A DNA stretch of 64,000 bases from Terriglobia bacterium (GCA_963747535.1 CAVVFX010000006.1:240681-304680), one strand, 5' to 3'; positions 38,590 to 47,519 are shown, counted from the first letter of the stretch. Notes: a model not told the origin generated them from the sequence alone. A program made the numbers and translations.

Positions 38590-41121
38590 GTGAAAGAGCC
38601 GCTCCTGCTGCCTTTCCTGGCCCTGGCCGCGGGAATTATCGTCTCCCATGCCTCCGCGATCCCGCGGTCCCAGGGCGCCCTGGCGCTGGCTGCATTTCTT
38701 CTGCTGCTCCTGGTGGCCCGATGGCGCAGGATCCGCTGGGCGGTCTGGACTTGCGGCATGCTCGCAGCCGTCTCGGCCGGTGCATGGCTCGACGCCTATC
38801 ATCGTCCCGGACCGGTTCCGGAACTCGACACGCCCGACGCTACCCCCGTGATCCTGGCAGGCTGCGTGGTGGAACCCTCCGAGGTTCTCGAAGACCATGA
38901 GACGTTCACGCTGGAACTCGAACCCGGCGCCCGAGCCCGCATCACTCTTTACCGCCGCGAGGGTCAAAAGCCGCGCGCCTTCCGCTACGGTCAGAACATC
39001 GAAGTGGAAGCGAAAATACGCTCGCCGCACAATTTCAACAATCCGGGCTCATTCGATAACGCCGGATTCCTCGCCCGCCAGGACATCTTCTGGCTCGCCA
39101 CGGCCGGAGCGCAGGCTACCGTGACCGTCAATCCGGGGCGCTGCGGGTCCGATTTCTGGACGCTGGTCTATGGCCTGCGGAGGCGCGCACTTCGCCGTAT
39201 CGACTCACTCTACGGCGCGGGTACAGCCACATCCACGGCGGCCGCCGAGTACAACACCGGCATGATGGAAGCGGTCCTGATGGGCGACTCCGCCCGGCTC
39301 CAGAAATCATGGACCGAAGACTATCGCACCACCGGCACCTACCACGTGCTAATCATCGCCGGCGCCCATGTGGCTTTGCTGGCCGCTCTTCTCACATTCC
39401 TGTTGCGCGTCTGCTTCCTGCCCAAGACCGCGGCCATTCTCGCCACCGTTCCGATGGCCTGGATTTATACCGTAATGACCGGATGGCACACGCCCTGCAT
39501 CCGTGCGGCCGCGGGGATCACGCTGTATGCTCTCGCGCGGATCTTCTATCGCCGCGCCCGCATCCTGAACGTGCTCGCAGCAATCGCGATTGGCTTCGTT
39601 ATTTGCGATCCTAACCAGATCTTCGACGCCGGCTTCCAGCTTTCGTTCCTCTCGGTGGCTTTGATCGGCGCGTTTGCCGCCCCGATCATGGAAGTCACTA
39701 CCGGTCCGATCGCCCGGGCACTTCCGGACCTCGACGACCTGGGCCGCGACCCTCACCTGGAACCGCGGATCGCCCAATGGCGTGTGGAACTCAGGCTGAT
39801 CGCGGAAACCGTAAGCCTGGTCACCCGTCTGTCAATCGGAAATTGCCGGCTGCTGGTCTCCCTGGTGACTCGAGTGCTGGTTTTTGCGGCCGATCTTCTG
39901 CTGATCTCCGCGGTGATTCAGGCAGGTCTCGTCCTGCCCATGGCAAACTACTTTCACCGCGTCTCGGCAACGGGCCTTTCCGCCAATGCCGCTGCCGTCC
40001 CGCTGCTGGGCCTGGTGGTCCCGATCGGCTTCGCCTCGCTATTTACCGGATGGCATCCACTGGCGCATGGCGCGGCGTATTTTCTGGAGCTTTCGCGGCG
40101 CGCGGTCGGCTTTCATGCCGCACTCGAGCCCAACTGGCGCATTCCCGACGCACCCTTCTGGCTGGAAGCCGCAATCTGTCTCACGCTCAGCCTGGCGGCC
40201 GTTCGGTTGTTCCGCCCGCGCGTCCGCTGGCTCTTTGCAACCGCAGCCCTGCTATGCACTTTCGTGCAGGTGGTGCACCCGTTTCCGCCGGTCATTCGCC
40301 CTGAGGCCCTCGAAATGGATGCCGTCGACGTCGGCCAGGGCGACAGCCTCTTCCTGACGTTTCCCAGCGGCAAAACCCTGCTCGTCGACACGGGCGGCAT
40401 TCCGCACTTTGGAACGACGCATAAATCCAATCTCGATATTGGCGAGACCGTCGTCTCGCCCTATCTATGGACGCGTTCGATCAAGCGAATCGACGTGGTT
40501 GCGATTACCCATGCGCATGAAGATCACGTCGGCGGCCTGCGCGCGGTGCTGGAGAACTTTCATCCCCAACAGCTCTGGATTGGCGCCGCGCCCGAATGCG
40601 ACGAATGGAACCACATCCGCGAGATGGCACGCGAATTCGGCGTTCAGGTGGTGCCCATGCGGCAGGGTAACGGGTTCGATTTCGGCGGCGCGCGCATCGA
40701 AGTGCTGGCTCCGGTCACCGATTACCAGGCTGCCGCGACTCCCAGCAACAACGACTCGCTGGTGATGCGCGTGAGCTTTCGCAAGATCTCGTTTCTACTC
40801 ACCGGCGACATGGAAAGGCGTATCGAAGAGGAACTGCTCTCCCAGGGGTCCGTGGTTCATGCCGACGTGTTGAAGGTGGGACATCACGGCAGCAAGACTT
40901 CCTCGACTGAACCGTTCCTGGACGCCGTCCACCCGGCTCTCGCGGTGATTTCCGACGGCTTCGAGAATTCCTACGGGCATCCCCATCGGAATACCCTGGC
41001 CGCGCTCCAGAGCCGCCATATCCCGGCGCTGCGCACCGACCAGACAGGGCTGATCTGCATCTGGACGGATGGTTACCGGCTGCACTACGAAAACCAAATG
41101 ACCGGCGTGTCGTGGCAATGA
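38590..41121 (+). CDS. comEC: ComEC/Rec2-family DNA internalization protein with a C-terminal metallo-beta-lactamase domain.
   Basis: GTG start. Has the DUF4131 and competence TM domains, then the MBL motifs ITHAHEDHVGG and VGHHGS. Confidence 0.88.
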   Translation: MKEPLLLPFLALAAGIIVSHASAIPRSQGALALAAFLLLLLVARWRRIRWAVWTCGMLAAVSAGAWLDAYHRPGPVPELDTPDATPVILAGCVVEPSEVLEDHETFTLELEPGARARITLYRREGQKPRAFRYGQNIEVEAKIRSPHNFNNPGSFDNAGFLARQDIFWLATAGAQATVTVNPGRCGSDFWTLVYGLRRRALRRIDSLYGAGTATSTAAAEYNTGMMEAVLMGDSARLQKSWTEDYRTTGTYHVLIIAGAHVALLAALLTFLLRVCFLPKTAAILATVPMAWIYTVMTGWHTPCIRAAAGITLYALARIFYRRARILNVLAAIAIGFVICDPNQIFDAGFQLSFLSVALIGAFAAPIMEVTTGPIARALPDLDDLGRDPHLEPRIAQWRVELRLIAETVSLVTRLSIGNCRLLVSLVTRVLVFAADLLLISAVIQAGLVLPMANYFHRVSATGLSANAAAVPLLGLVVPIGFASLFTGWHPLAHGAAYFLELSRRAVGFHAALEPNWRIPDAPFWLEAAICLTLSLAAVRLFRPRVRWLFATAALLCTFVQVVHPFPPVIRPEALEMDAVDVGQGDSLFLTFPSGKTLLVDTGGIPHFGTTHKSNLDIGETVVSPYLWTRSIKRIDVVAITHAHEDHVGGLRAVLENFHPQQLWIGAAPECDEWNHIREMAREFGVQVVPMRQGNGFDFGGARIEVLAPVTDYQAAATPSNNDSLVMRVSFRKISFLLTGDMERRIEEELLSQGSVVHADVLKVGHHGSKTSSTEPFLDAVHPALAVISDGFENSYGHPHRNTLAALQSRHIPALRTDQTGLICIWTDGYRLHYENQMTGVSWQ

Positions 41122-41244
41122 ATGCCGGGCGACACCTCCAGCGCCACGTGGCCTCCTGGGATACTCGCCATGCCAATGGTTCTATTCCTCAGCCGGCGTT
41201 TTGGGTTCTTTGCGCCATTGCGGCCTTGCGTGAGGTTATGAACC

Positions 41245-41715
41245 GTGATGACCGAGAACGACATCGCTAAAGAAATCGTGGACGCTGCCTTTCGCATCCA
41301 TACTACCCTCGGTCCGGGACTGCTGGAATCGGTTGACGATGCTGTGCTGGCGCATGAACTCGGCCGCCGGGGACTCCGCACCGCCCGCCAGTTGCCAATC
41401 CCGGTGATCTATGACAGCGTCCGCATCGGCATCGGGTTTCGGGCCGACCTGATCGTCGAGGACTTGAGTGTCGTAGAAATCAAGTCAGTTGAGGTTCTTG
41501 CCCCGGTTCATAAAAAGCAGCTTCTCACCTATCTCCGGCTGGCTGACAAGCGCCTGGGCCTGCCCATCAACTGGATCTTCGTTTCTTTGCACGCCGCGAC
41601 AATTTGGTGGGCGCCAAAGCGGATGCGGCGCAGCCGCGGCAGATCACAAAAAAGCGATGGTCTACCCTACGGTTTGCGGCTAAGGCGCGCTGCGGACGGT
41701 GTGACGACGAGCTAA
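41245..41715 (+). CDS. GxxExxY-family (PD-(D/E)XK-like) protein whose C-terminus is replaced by a repeat insertion.
   Basis: The N-terminal 110 aa are typical of GxxExxY proteins (ESVYEDALAHELGRRGL-like, RADLIVED, VEIKSV). The tail from about 41590 onward is the translation of the family A repeat (AATIWWAPKRMRRSRGRSQK). Confidence 0.7.
   Translation: MMTENDIAKEIVDAAFRIHTTLGPGLLESVDDAVLAHELGRRGLRTARQLPIPVIYDSVRIGIGFRADLIVEDLSVVEIKSVEVLAPVHKKQLLTYLRLADKRLGLPINWIFVSLHAATIWWAPKRMRRSRGRSQKSDGLPYGLRLRRAADGVTTS
41596..41700. repeat. Family A repeat, copy 11 (inserted in the 3' end of the GxxExxY gene).
   Basis: GGCGCCAAAGCGGATGCGGCGCAGCCGCGGCAGATCACAAAAAAGCGATGGTCTACCCTACGGTTTGCGGC. It is nearly identical to the copy at 43690..43790 in reverse. 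Confidence 0.75.
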
Positions 41716-42356
41716 CGCTTCAGTATCTTCTCGATGGCCTTAGCCAATTCGATAAATTCATCATGGGCCGGCGAATTGGGCGCATATTCCGCGACCGTAA
41801 GCCCGCTCTCCACGGCTTCAGCCAATACCACGCGTTGTCCGATGGACGGCAGAACTTTCCTGCCCATCTCTTCGAGCGACGACGTCAGCCCGCGACCCAG
41901 CCGGGTGCTCAGGTTTACTTTCGAAGGCACCAGCCGGATGCGGGGCTTCTTTGACCGTCGTTCTGCCCGCGCCTCGAGTGCCAGAGACAGTGCTTCCTTT
42001 AACGCGAATAGGTCGAGCGGTGACGGACCGCATGGCAGCAACAACAGATCCGCCACCAGAGCTGCCTGGTAAGCCACCTCGGGAATGCCCGGCGGCGTGT
42101 CGATCAGGACGATGTCGGCGTCCTTTTCGGCCGCGCGCGCCCCCGCTGCCAGCGCGCCGGTTCGCCCGTCCACTTTCCGGACGCAAGTTGCCAGCATCCC
42201 GTCGCCCTGCGCGGCCCAGGCCACCAGACTATGTTGCGGGTCGGCATCGAGCACGGCGACACTCTTACCCATCGCGGCAAACTCCGCGGCGAGGTTTCCG
42301 GCGATGGTGGACTTACCCACTCCGCCTTTTCGTCCAGCCACAGCGATGATGGCCAT
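41712..42356 (-). CDS. ParA/MinD-like P-loop ATPase.
   Basis: Deviant Walker A GRKGGVGKST at the N-terminus (start MAIIAVAG). 214 aa. Confidence 0.8.
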   Translation of the reverse strand: MAIIAVAGRKGGVGKSTIAGNLAAEFAAMGKSVAVLDADPQHSLVAWAAQGDGMLATCVRKVDGRTGALAAGARAAEKDADIVLIDTPPGIPEVAYQAALVADLLLLPCGPSPLDLFALKEALSLALEARAERRSKKPRIRLVPSKVNLSTRLGRGLTSSLEEMGRKVLPSIGQRVVLAEAVESGLTVAEYAPNSPAHDEFIELAKAIEKILKR

Positions 42357-42566
42357 AGAGAGTACTATAGTGCACTTCGTCAGGCTCAGTCGTCGGCCAT
42401 GTCGGATCAGAAAAAGCGCAGACTTGAATCCGCACCTTACATCGGTGCAGCGAATCGCGGCTTTTGTTCTTGATCGCACTCAAAGTCAGGCTGTTGTGTG
42501 CGTTAATGCACTTAGACTAGCAACGCCGGGTGGCGATCTTTGCCCTCATAGGACGCATATAGAGAT

Positions 42567-42845
42567 ATGGCGCCGAGTGCCTTCTCGAATCGTGATGCGA
42601 TTCGCCGGGACGTGATCATTTCAAGCGGCGACGATCTCCGCCACTGCATGGTGCTGATCGACGCGGACTGTTGGACTCCACGCGGCCCGGCCGTGGAGAT
42701 TGGTGGAGTGCTCCAGTTGCCACGCGCCGAGTGGCAGGCGTTGGCCAGTTCCGAGCGTTTGATCTTGAAGTTGTGGGAAAACGGCGAGCCTTACCGCATG
42801 ATTCTGGACGGAAGCACCGGACGCTTTCTGGCGCGGAAGATGTAA
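42567..42845 (+). CDS. Hypothetical protein (92 aa), divergent from the ParA-like gene.
   Basis: ORF only. No motif I recognise. Confidence 0.4.
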   Translation: MAPSAFSNRDAIRRDVIISSGDDLRHCMVLIDADCWTPRGPAVEIGGVLQLPRAEWQALASSERLILKLWENGEPYRMILDGSTGRFLARKM

Positions 42846-42851
42846 GTCAGG

Positions 42852-42950
42852 CGGCTCTCCGGAAACTGCGGCCAAACTTCGCCCGCGGCGGCAAAGGCGC
42901 AAGTTTCAGACACAATGGACCGCGGGCGTGCCCCGCGGTTAGCGGCTAAA
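42852..42950. repeat. Family B conserved ~95-nt element, copy 2, with a CCGCGGG-N-CCCGCGG hairpin between convergent genes.
   Basis: Aligns to 23101..23195. The hairpin overlaps the ccmC stop codon and is probably a bidirectional terminator. Confidence 0.65.
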
Positions 42951-43620
42951 AAGCGTGGGCCTGGCGCCGCATGGAATCGATTTCGCGGCTCATGTTCTCC
43001 TGCTGGAGGCGAACCATCAGCAGAGCCGTTCCGAGCAAAGCGAAAGCCACACCCATCCCCAAGAGGGGCAGCCCCATACCGGGAGCGAGCCCGCCGGTCG
43101 TGAGCACCGGCGCGGGATGCTGTGTGCGCCACCATTGAATGGAGAAGTAGACGATCGGCACGTCGGCGAAGGAGAAGATTGCCAGCACTGCCGCGAAAGT
43201 TGCGCGCTGGGTCGGATCTTCAATTGCAGGCCGCAGGATGAGGTATCCGGCGTACAGGAGGAAGCAGATGAGTTGCGAGGTGAGGCGCGCGTCCCAGGCC
43301 CACCAGATGCCCCAGGCTTCTCTGCCCCAGATGCTGCCGGTGATCAGGTTCAAGGCGCAGAACATGGTTCCGACTTCCACCGCCGCTACAGCCATGCTGT
43401 CGTAGGTGTAGCGCTTGGTGACCAGGAACCCGATGCTGGCGACCAGCGCGACGAAGTACATGGTAAAGTCCATGATCGCAGCAGGAATATGGAAGAACAT
43501 GATGCGGTACACGGCGCCCTGATTGACTTCATCTCCCAGTTTGAAGAGGATGTCGTAGAGGTTCGCGATAATCAGCAGCCCGGCAAGTCCGGCCAATGCG
43601 TAGGTGATCTTTCTCGGCAT
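42946..43620 (-). CDS. ccmC: CcmC-like heme exporter / cytochrome c assembly family protein.
   Basis: Six TM helices and the Trp-rich WGREAWGIWWAWDARLT motif (WGxxWxWD). Confidence 0.78.
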   Translation of the reverse strand: MPRKITYALAGLAGLLIIANLYDILFKLGDEVNQGAVYRIMFFHIPAAIMDFTMYFVALVASIGFLVTKRYTYDSMAVAAVEVGTMFCALNLITGSIWGREAWGIWWAWDARLTSQLICFLLYAGYLILRPAIEDPTQRATFAAVLAIFSFADVPIVYFSIQWWRTQHPAPVLTTGGLAPGMGLPLLGMGVAFALLGTALLMVRLQQENMSREIDSMRRQAHAF

Positions 43621-43621
43621 G

Positions 43622-43805
43622 ATTTTCTCCTTTTAGTTTGACACGCTAGGTAGGACGCACGAAGCGGCGGGTTTATTGCAAGGCGACAACGCCAACTCCA
43701 CAGCGCGCCTTCGCCGCAAACCGTAGGGTAGACCATCGCTTTTTGTGGTCTGCCCCGGCTGCGCAGCAGCCGCTTTGGCGCCCACCAGATCGTCGCGGCG
43801 CGCAA
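43622..43805. repeat. Family A repeat, copy 12 (reverse orientation).
   Basis: GTAGACCATCGCTTTTTGTGGTCTGCC, then GGCTGCGCAGCAGCC, then CGCCCACCAGATCGTCGCGGCGCGCAAAGAA. Confidence 0.75.
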
Positions 43806-43809
43806 AGAA

Positions 43810-44664
43810 TTACCACGCCGCCAGAATGCGCGATGGAGTGAGATTGAGCCAACGCAGATCGTGACTCGTGGCCGCGGCGGGAATCATGCCGATCAGTTCG
43901 CTGCCGCGCACCCGGACACCGGCCTCCAGCGCCAGCGCTTCCACTCGCTCGAAGACGACATGGAGAGGGGTGGCGCGGAAGTCCGTCGAGTTGATCGAAA
44001 CCTGGACAATCCCCACCGAGCCGAGGGGCAGGCCTAACGCCTTCACTCCCGGGAACCCGCCGGAGGAAAACCGGATCGCGCGTGCGATCCGCTTCGCCAG
44101 CGCCAGGTCGGCGGTCTCCAGTAAGATATTCCAGGCGATCAGGAAGTCGCGGGCACCGACTGCACAAGCCCCGGCAGTAGGATGGCGTCCTTCGCCGACA
44201 TCGGGTGCCGCGCCTGCGACGGCTAGCCGCCGCACGTGCTCGAGTCCGCGGCGATCGGGGACGAGGGCGGATCGCTCGTAGAGGAAAACCGGAACACGCC
44301 ACTCCTCCCACAGCCTTTCGGCGAAGTTACGCGAGCACTCCACGCATTTCCCGATGTACTCCGCACTCCCTGCACCTTCTAGAGGCACGAAGGGAACGAC
44401 ATCCACTGCCCCGATCCGGGGATGTACACCGGAGTGGAGATTGAGGTCGATGCGCTCGACCGCGACACCCGCCGAGGCCAGAGCGGCAGCGACGACGCCT
44501 TCCGGAGTCCCCGCGAAAGTGAAGACCGAACGATGGTGATCGGGGTCGGCGGAATGATCGAGCAGCCGGACACCGGACGTTTGCCGGATGCTCGCGGCAA
44601 GACCCGCCAGGATTAACGGATCGCGGCCTTCAGAGAAGTTGGGCACGCATTCGATCAGGCTCAT
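43810..44664 (-). CDS. Glutamate formimidoyltransferase (FtcD formiminotransferase domain).
   Basis: The N-terminus MSLIECVPNFSEGRD is the hallmark of the formiminotransferase domain. 284 aa. Confidence 0.82.
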   Translation of the reverse strand: MSLIECVPNFSEGRDPLILAGLAASIRQTSGVRLLDHSADPDHHRSVFTFAGTPEGVVAAALASAGVAVERIDLNLHSGVHPRIGAVDVVPFVPLEGAGSAEYIGKCVECSRNFAERLWEEWRVPVFLYERSALVPDRRGLEHVRRLAVAGAAPDVGEGRHPTAGACAVGARDFLIAWNILLETADLALAKRIARAIRFSSGGFPGVKALGLPLGSVGIVQVSINSTDFRATPLHVVFERVEALALEAGVRVRGSELIGMIPAAATSHDLRWLNLTPSRILAAW

Positions 44665-45892
44665 GAATTCTGGAGGGGCCCGGCCATTCCGGGAAATCCT
44701 CTTTGAACACTACCACGCCGCGTTTGATCGTCGAATAGACCAGATTGGTTCCTCCGAACAGCGGGATGTCGCGGTAGTCCGAAGCGTTCAGGAGAATCAG
44801 GTCGGCCAGTTTGCCGTGCTCCAGCGAACCGGTGCGCGATCCTATACCCAAGGCCCAGGCGGCGTTAATGGTGGCTGCGGAGATGGCTTCGGCGATGGTC
44901 AGGCCGAGCCGTTCGCAAGCCAACTGAATCACCGTCTGCATACTGGCGGTCGCGCGGGTCTCCGGGCTGATACCGCTGCCCAAGGCGATCAGGGCGCCGT
45001 AATCGATGAGTTGCCTGGCATGGACTGGTGACGCACCTGGAGACAGAAGAGCGGGCAACAGAATAGCGAAGGTCGGCGAATAGGAGAGCAATTCGATCTC
45101 GGGAATTCGGAACGGTTCCGCGGCGGAAATCGAAAGGGCTTGCAGATTGACGGCCGCGTTCACCAGTTCCAGTTCGTTCCCGCGGAGCATTTCGAGGCGA
45201 ATCTTAAATCCGGCGGAGCGCGCCAGTCCAAGAAAAGCCTCGGCGTTCGCTAGCGAGAAGCCGCCGGTCCCGCAAGGCACTTGCACGACGGACGCAAGTT
45301 TGCGGCGCTTGACGCATTGCAGCAGTTCCTCGCCGGCCCACGGCAGTCCCTCGAATCCGGACGGCTGGGCCATGATGAACAGGATGGAAATGATATCGAG
45401 CGGCTGCTGGTTTCGTCCGCGAAGCGCCCGCAGAATCTTAAGTTCGCCGGTGTTATCGAAGCCATAGCCAGAGAGCGCGCCGATGGTCGCTGCGCCGTGA
45501 CGCGCCATGGTCTTGAGGAGATCGTCCGCCTGTGCTTCCAGGCGGCTGGCAGGAATTGATCGGACGGCTCGCGCCGCTGCGCACCGGCAAGATTCCGCGG
45601 CTGAGTCGACCCGGTAGGCAGGTGCCGGGACAAGACAGGCGTGGGCGTCGATGAAGGCGGGCATCACCACGCGGCCTGCGGCGTCGATCTCGTCCGCGTC
45701 ACGGGCGTCCGCCATGTTCTCAATCCGCCGTGTGGGTCCGACAGCCTCGATCACGCCGTCGTGCAGCAGGGCCGAGCCGTCGGGGATCATTCCGAGATGG
45801 TCGAGTTCACCAGCGCGACGTGGGCCGCTGAGATGGTGCAACGTCAGCAGTTGCCGCGCGCCGCGCACCAGAGTCCAATGGTTTGGTTTCAT
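44630..45892 (-). CDS. Imidazolonepropionase-like amidohydrolase (HutI-family candidate).
   Basis: Amidohydrolase fold. The metal motif reads PAFIDAHACL where HutI normally has HxH. It neighbours a formiminotransferase, consistent with histidine degradation. The start is set at MKPNHW. Confidence 0.6.
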   Translation of the reverse strand: MKPNHWTLVRGARQLLTLHHLSGPRRAGELDHLGMIPDGSALLHDGVIEAVGPTRRIENMADARDADEIDAAGRVVMPAFIDAHACLVPAPAYRVDSAAESCRCAAARAVRSIPASRLEAQADDLLKTMARHGAATIGALSGYGFDNTGELKILRALRGRNQQPLDIISILFIMAQPSGFEGLPWAGEELLQCVKRRKLASVVQVPCGTGGFSLANAEAFLGLARSAGFKIRLEMLRGNELELVNAAVNLQALSISAAEPFRIPEIELLSYSPTFAILLPALLSPGASPVHARQLIDYGALIALGSGISPETRATASMQTVIQLACERLGLTIAEAISAATINAAWALGIGSRTGSLEHGKLADLILLNASDYRDIPLFGGTNLVYSTIKRGVVVFKEDFPEWPGPSRIHEPDRMRAQLL

Positions 45893-45990
45893 TCGCCGGT
45901 TTTTTGGGAAATATAATCTCTGCGCCTCCGCAGGAATAACGACCAAATAGAATTGTAATGAATAAATAAACCATAAATCAATTAATTTGC

Positions 45991-46006
45991 GCGAAATTTA
46001 TTTCGC
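45991..46006. promoter_or_regulatory. Palindrome GCGAAAT-TT-ATTTCGC inside a 110-bp AT-rich divergent promoter region.
   Basis: 7-bp perfect inverted arms read from the sequence. The surrounding AATAGAATTGTAATGAATAAATAAACCATAAATCAATTAATTT is strikingly AT-rich for this genome. Confidence 0.5.
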
Positions 46007-46057
46007 CGCCCCTTCCGTGACGTGTGGGTGCGGCAACAGGTTTAGAATCGAAACTGC

Positions 46058-46705
46058 ATGTTGCCTCTATTGGATACGGAAGAAGTGCGGGTGCTGGGCT
46101 CGCTGATGGAGAAGGAATCGACCACGCCGGAGTACTATCCGATGAGCCTGAACGCGCTGGTCAATGCGTGTAATCAGAAGTCCAACCGGCACCCTGCGGT
46201 GAATTACGACGAAGAAATCGTGCTGCAGGCGATCGACCGTCTGCGCGAGAAGAAGATGGCCGCCGTAATTTCGGGTAGCGGGAGGGTAAATAAATACGCG
46301 CAACGTTTCTCGGAGTTACTGAATCTCGGCAGACGGGAAATGGCGCTGATGTGCACGCTACTGCTGAGGGGTCCGCAGACGCTGGGCGAATTGGGAGGCC
46401 GTTCCGAGCGGATGCACGCGTTTGAGGACCTCGCGGCAGTGGAACATACGCTCGACCGGCTGGCCTCCCATGAAGCGGGGAAACTGGTCGCCAGGCTGCC
46501 CAAGGGCCCGGGTCAGAAGGAAGCCAGATATGCGCACCTTCTCTCCGGCGAACCGGTCGAGGAAGAGACGCCGGCTGTCACGGCAGTCTCGTCGACTCCC
46601 ACTGCCGATCGCATCTCAGCGCTGGAAAACGAGGTAGCCGGTCTGCGGAACGAGGTAGAGGAACTGCGGCGACGCCTGGAATATTTCGAGCGACAGTTTT
46701 CTTGA
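46058..46705 (+). CDS. yceH: YceH-family protein (DUF480/UPF0502).
   Basis: Collinear with E. coli YceH (LEKQVTTPEQYPLS-like N-terminus, LLLRGPQTLGEL, C-terminal coiled coil). Confidence 0.85.
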   Translation: MLPLLDTEEVRVLGSLMEKESTTPEYYPMSLNALVNACNQKSNRHPAVNYDEEIVLQAIDRLREKKMAAVISGSGRVNKYAQRFSELLNLGRREMALMCTLLLRGPQTLGELGGRSERMHAFEDLAAVEHTLDRLASHEAGKLVARLPKGPGQKEARYAHLLSGEPVEEETPAVTAVSSTPTADRISALENEVAGLRNEVEELRRRLEYFERQFS

Positions 46706-46724
46706 GGAGGGGATCGATCAGCCC

Positions 46725-47519
46725 ATGCGGCAGGGCAGAGGCTCCGCCAAGGTGCATCGAAGCTCGCGCGGCCACCTCAATCGCTTCGAAATCCCTTCGG
46801 ATGCCCGGCCGGTGAAGATGACTGTCACCGAAGACGCCACTGCTCGACCAGTCTATCCGAGAGGTGATGGACATTCTGCAGACACAGTCCGGATGCGCTG
46901 GCAACTCAAGTCGATGTCGGAAGTCCCGCGGGTCGCCATCTTCGTTTCCCAGTACCTTCACTGCCTGGCTGATCTTCTTCATCGCTATCAGAGTGGGGAA
47001 CTGCACTGCGCCATACCGCTGGTGCTCGGCAATCATCCGGATGGCGAGGCCCTGGCGCGGTTCTACGGCGTGGAGTTTCGTCATCTCCCGGTGGAGAGCG
47101 GGACCAGGCGCGAGCGGGAAGAAGCGCAGCGCCGCTGGCTGCGGGCGGAGCGCATCGACCTGGTGGTGCTGGCGCGGTATATGCAGATCCTGTCGCCGGA
47201 GTTCGTCGGGGAGTATCCGGCCCGTATCATCAATGTCCACCATTCGTTTCTACCGGCCTTTGTGGGCGCCCGGCCGTACCATGCGGCATTCGACCGGGGA
47301 GTCAAACTGATCGGCGCCACCAGCCACTATGTGACTGCGGAACTGGACGACGGCCCGATCATTGAACAGGATGTGGTCCGCATTTCGCACCGCGATCAGG
47401 TAGAGGATCTGATCAAGAAGGGGCGGGATCTGGAACGCGCGGTTCTGGCACGCGGCGTCATGTGGCACCTGGAGCATCGCATTCTGTGCTACGGAAACAA
47501 GACCGTCGTTTTTGACTGA
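46725..47519 (+). CDS. Formyltetrahydrofolate deformylase-like protein lacking the N-terminal ACT domain (formyl-transferase domain only).
   Basis: Residues from MSEVPRVAIFVS align with PurU residues about 85..280 (NVHHSFLPAFVGARPYHAAFDRGVKLIGATSHYV). The upstream 63 codons are not ACT-like, so the true start may be 46914. Confidence 0.7.
   Translation: MRQGRGSAKVHRSSRGHLNRFEIPSDARPVKMTVTEDATARPVYPRGDGHSADTVRMRWQLKSMSEVPRVAIFVSQYLHCLADLLHRYQSGELHCAIPLVLGNHPDGEALARFYGVEFRHLPVESGTRREREEAQRRWLRAERIDLVVLARYMQILSPEFVGEYPARIINVHHSFLPAFVGARPYHAAFDRGVKLIGATSHYVTAELDDGPIIEQDVVRISHRDQVEDLIKKGRDLERAVLARGVMWHLEHRILCYGNKTVVFD

Noticed and set aside
43572-43805. A 77-aa ORF encoding AATIWWAPKRLLRSRGRPQK.
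   Set aside because: It is the translation of the family A repeat; the same peptide arises wherever the repeat occurs. It is not an independent gene.
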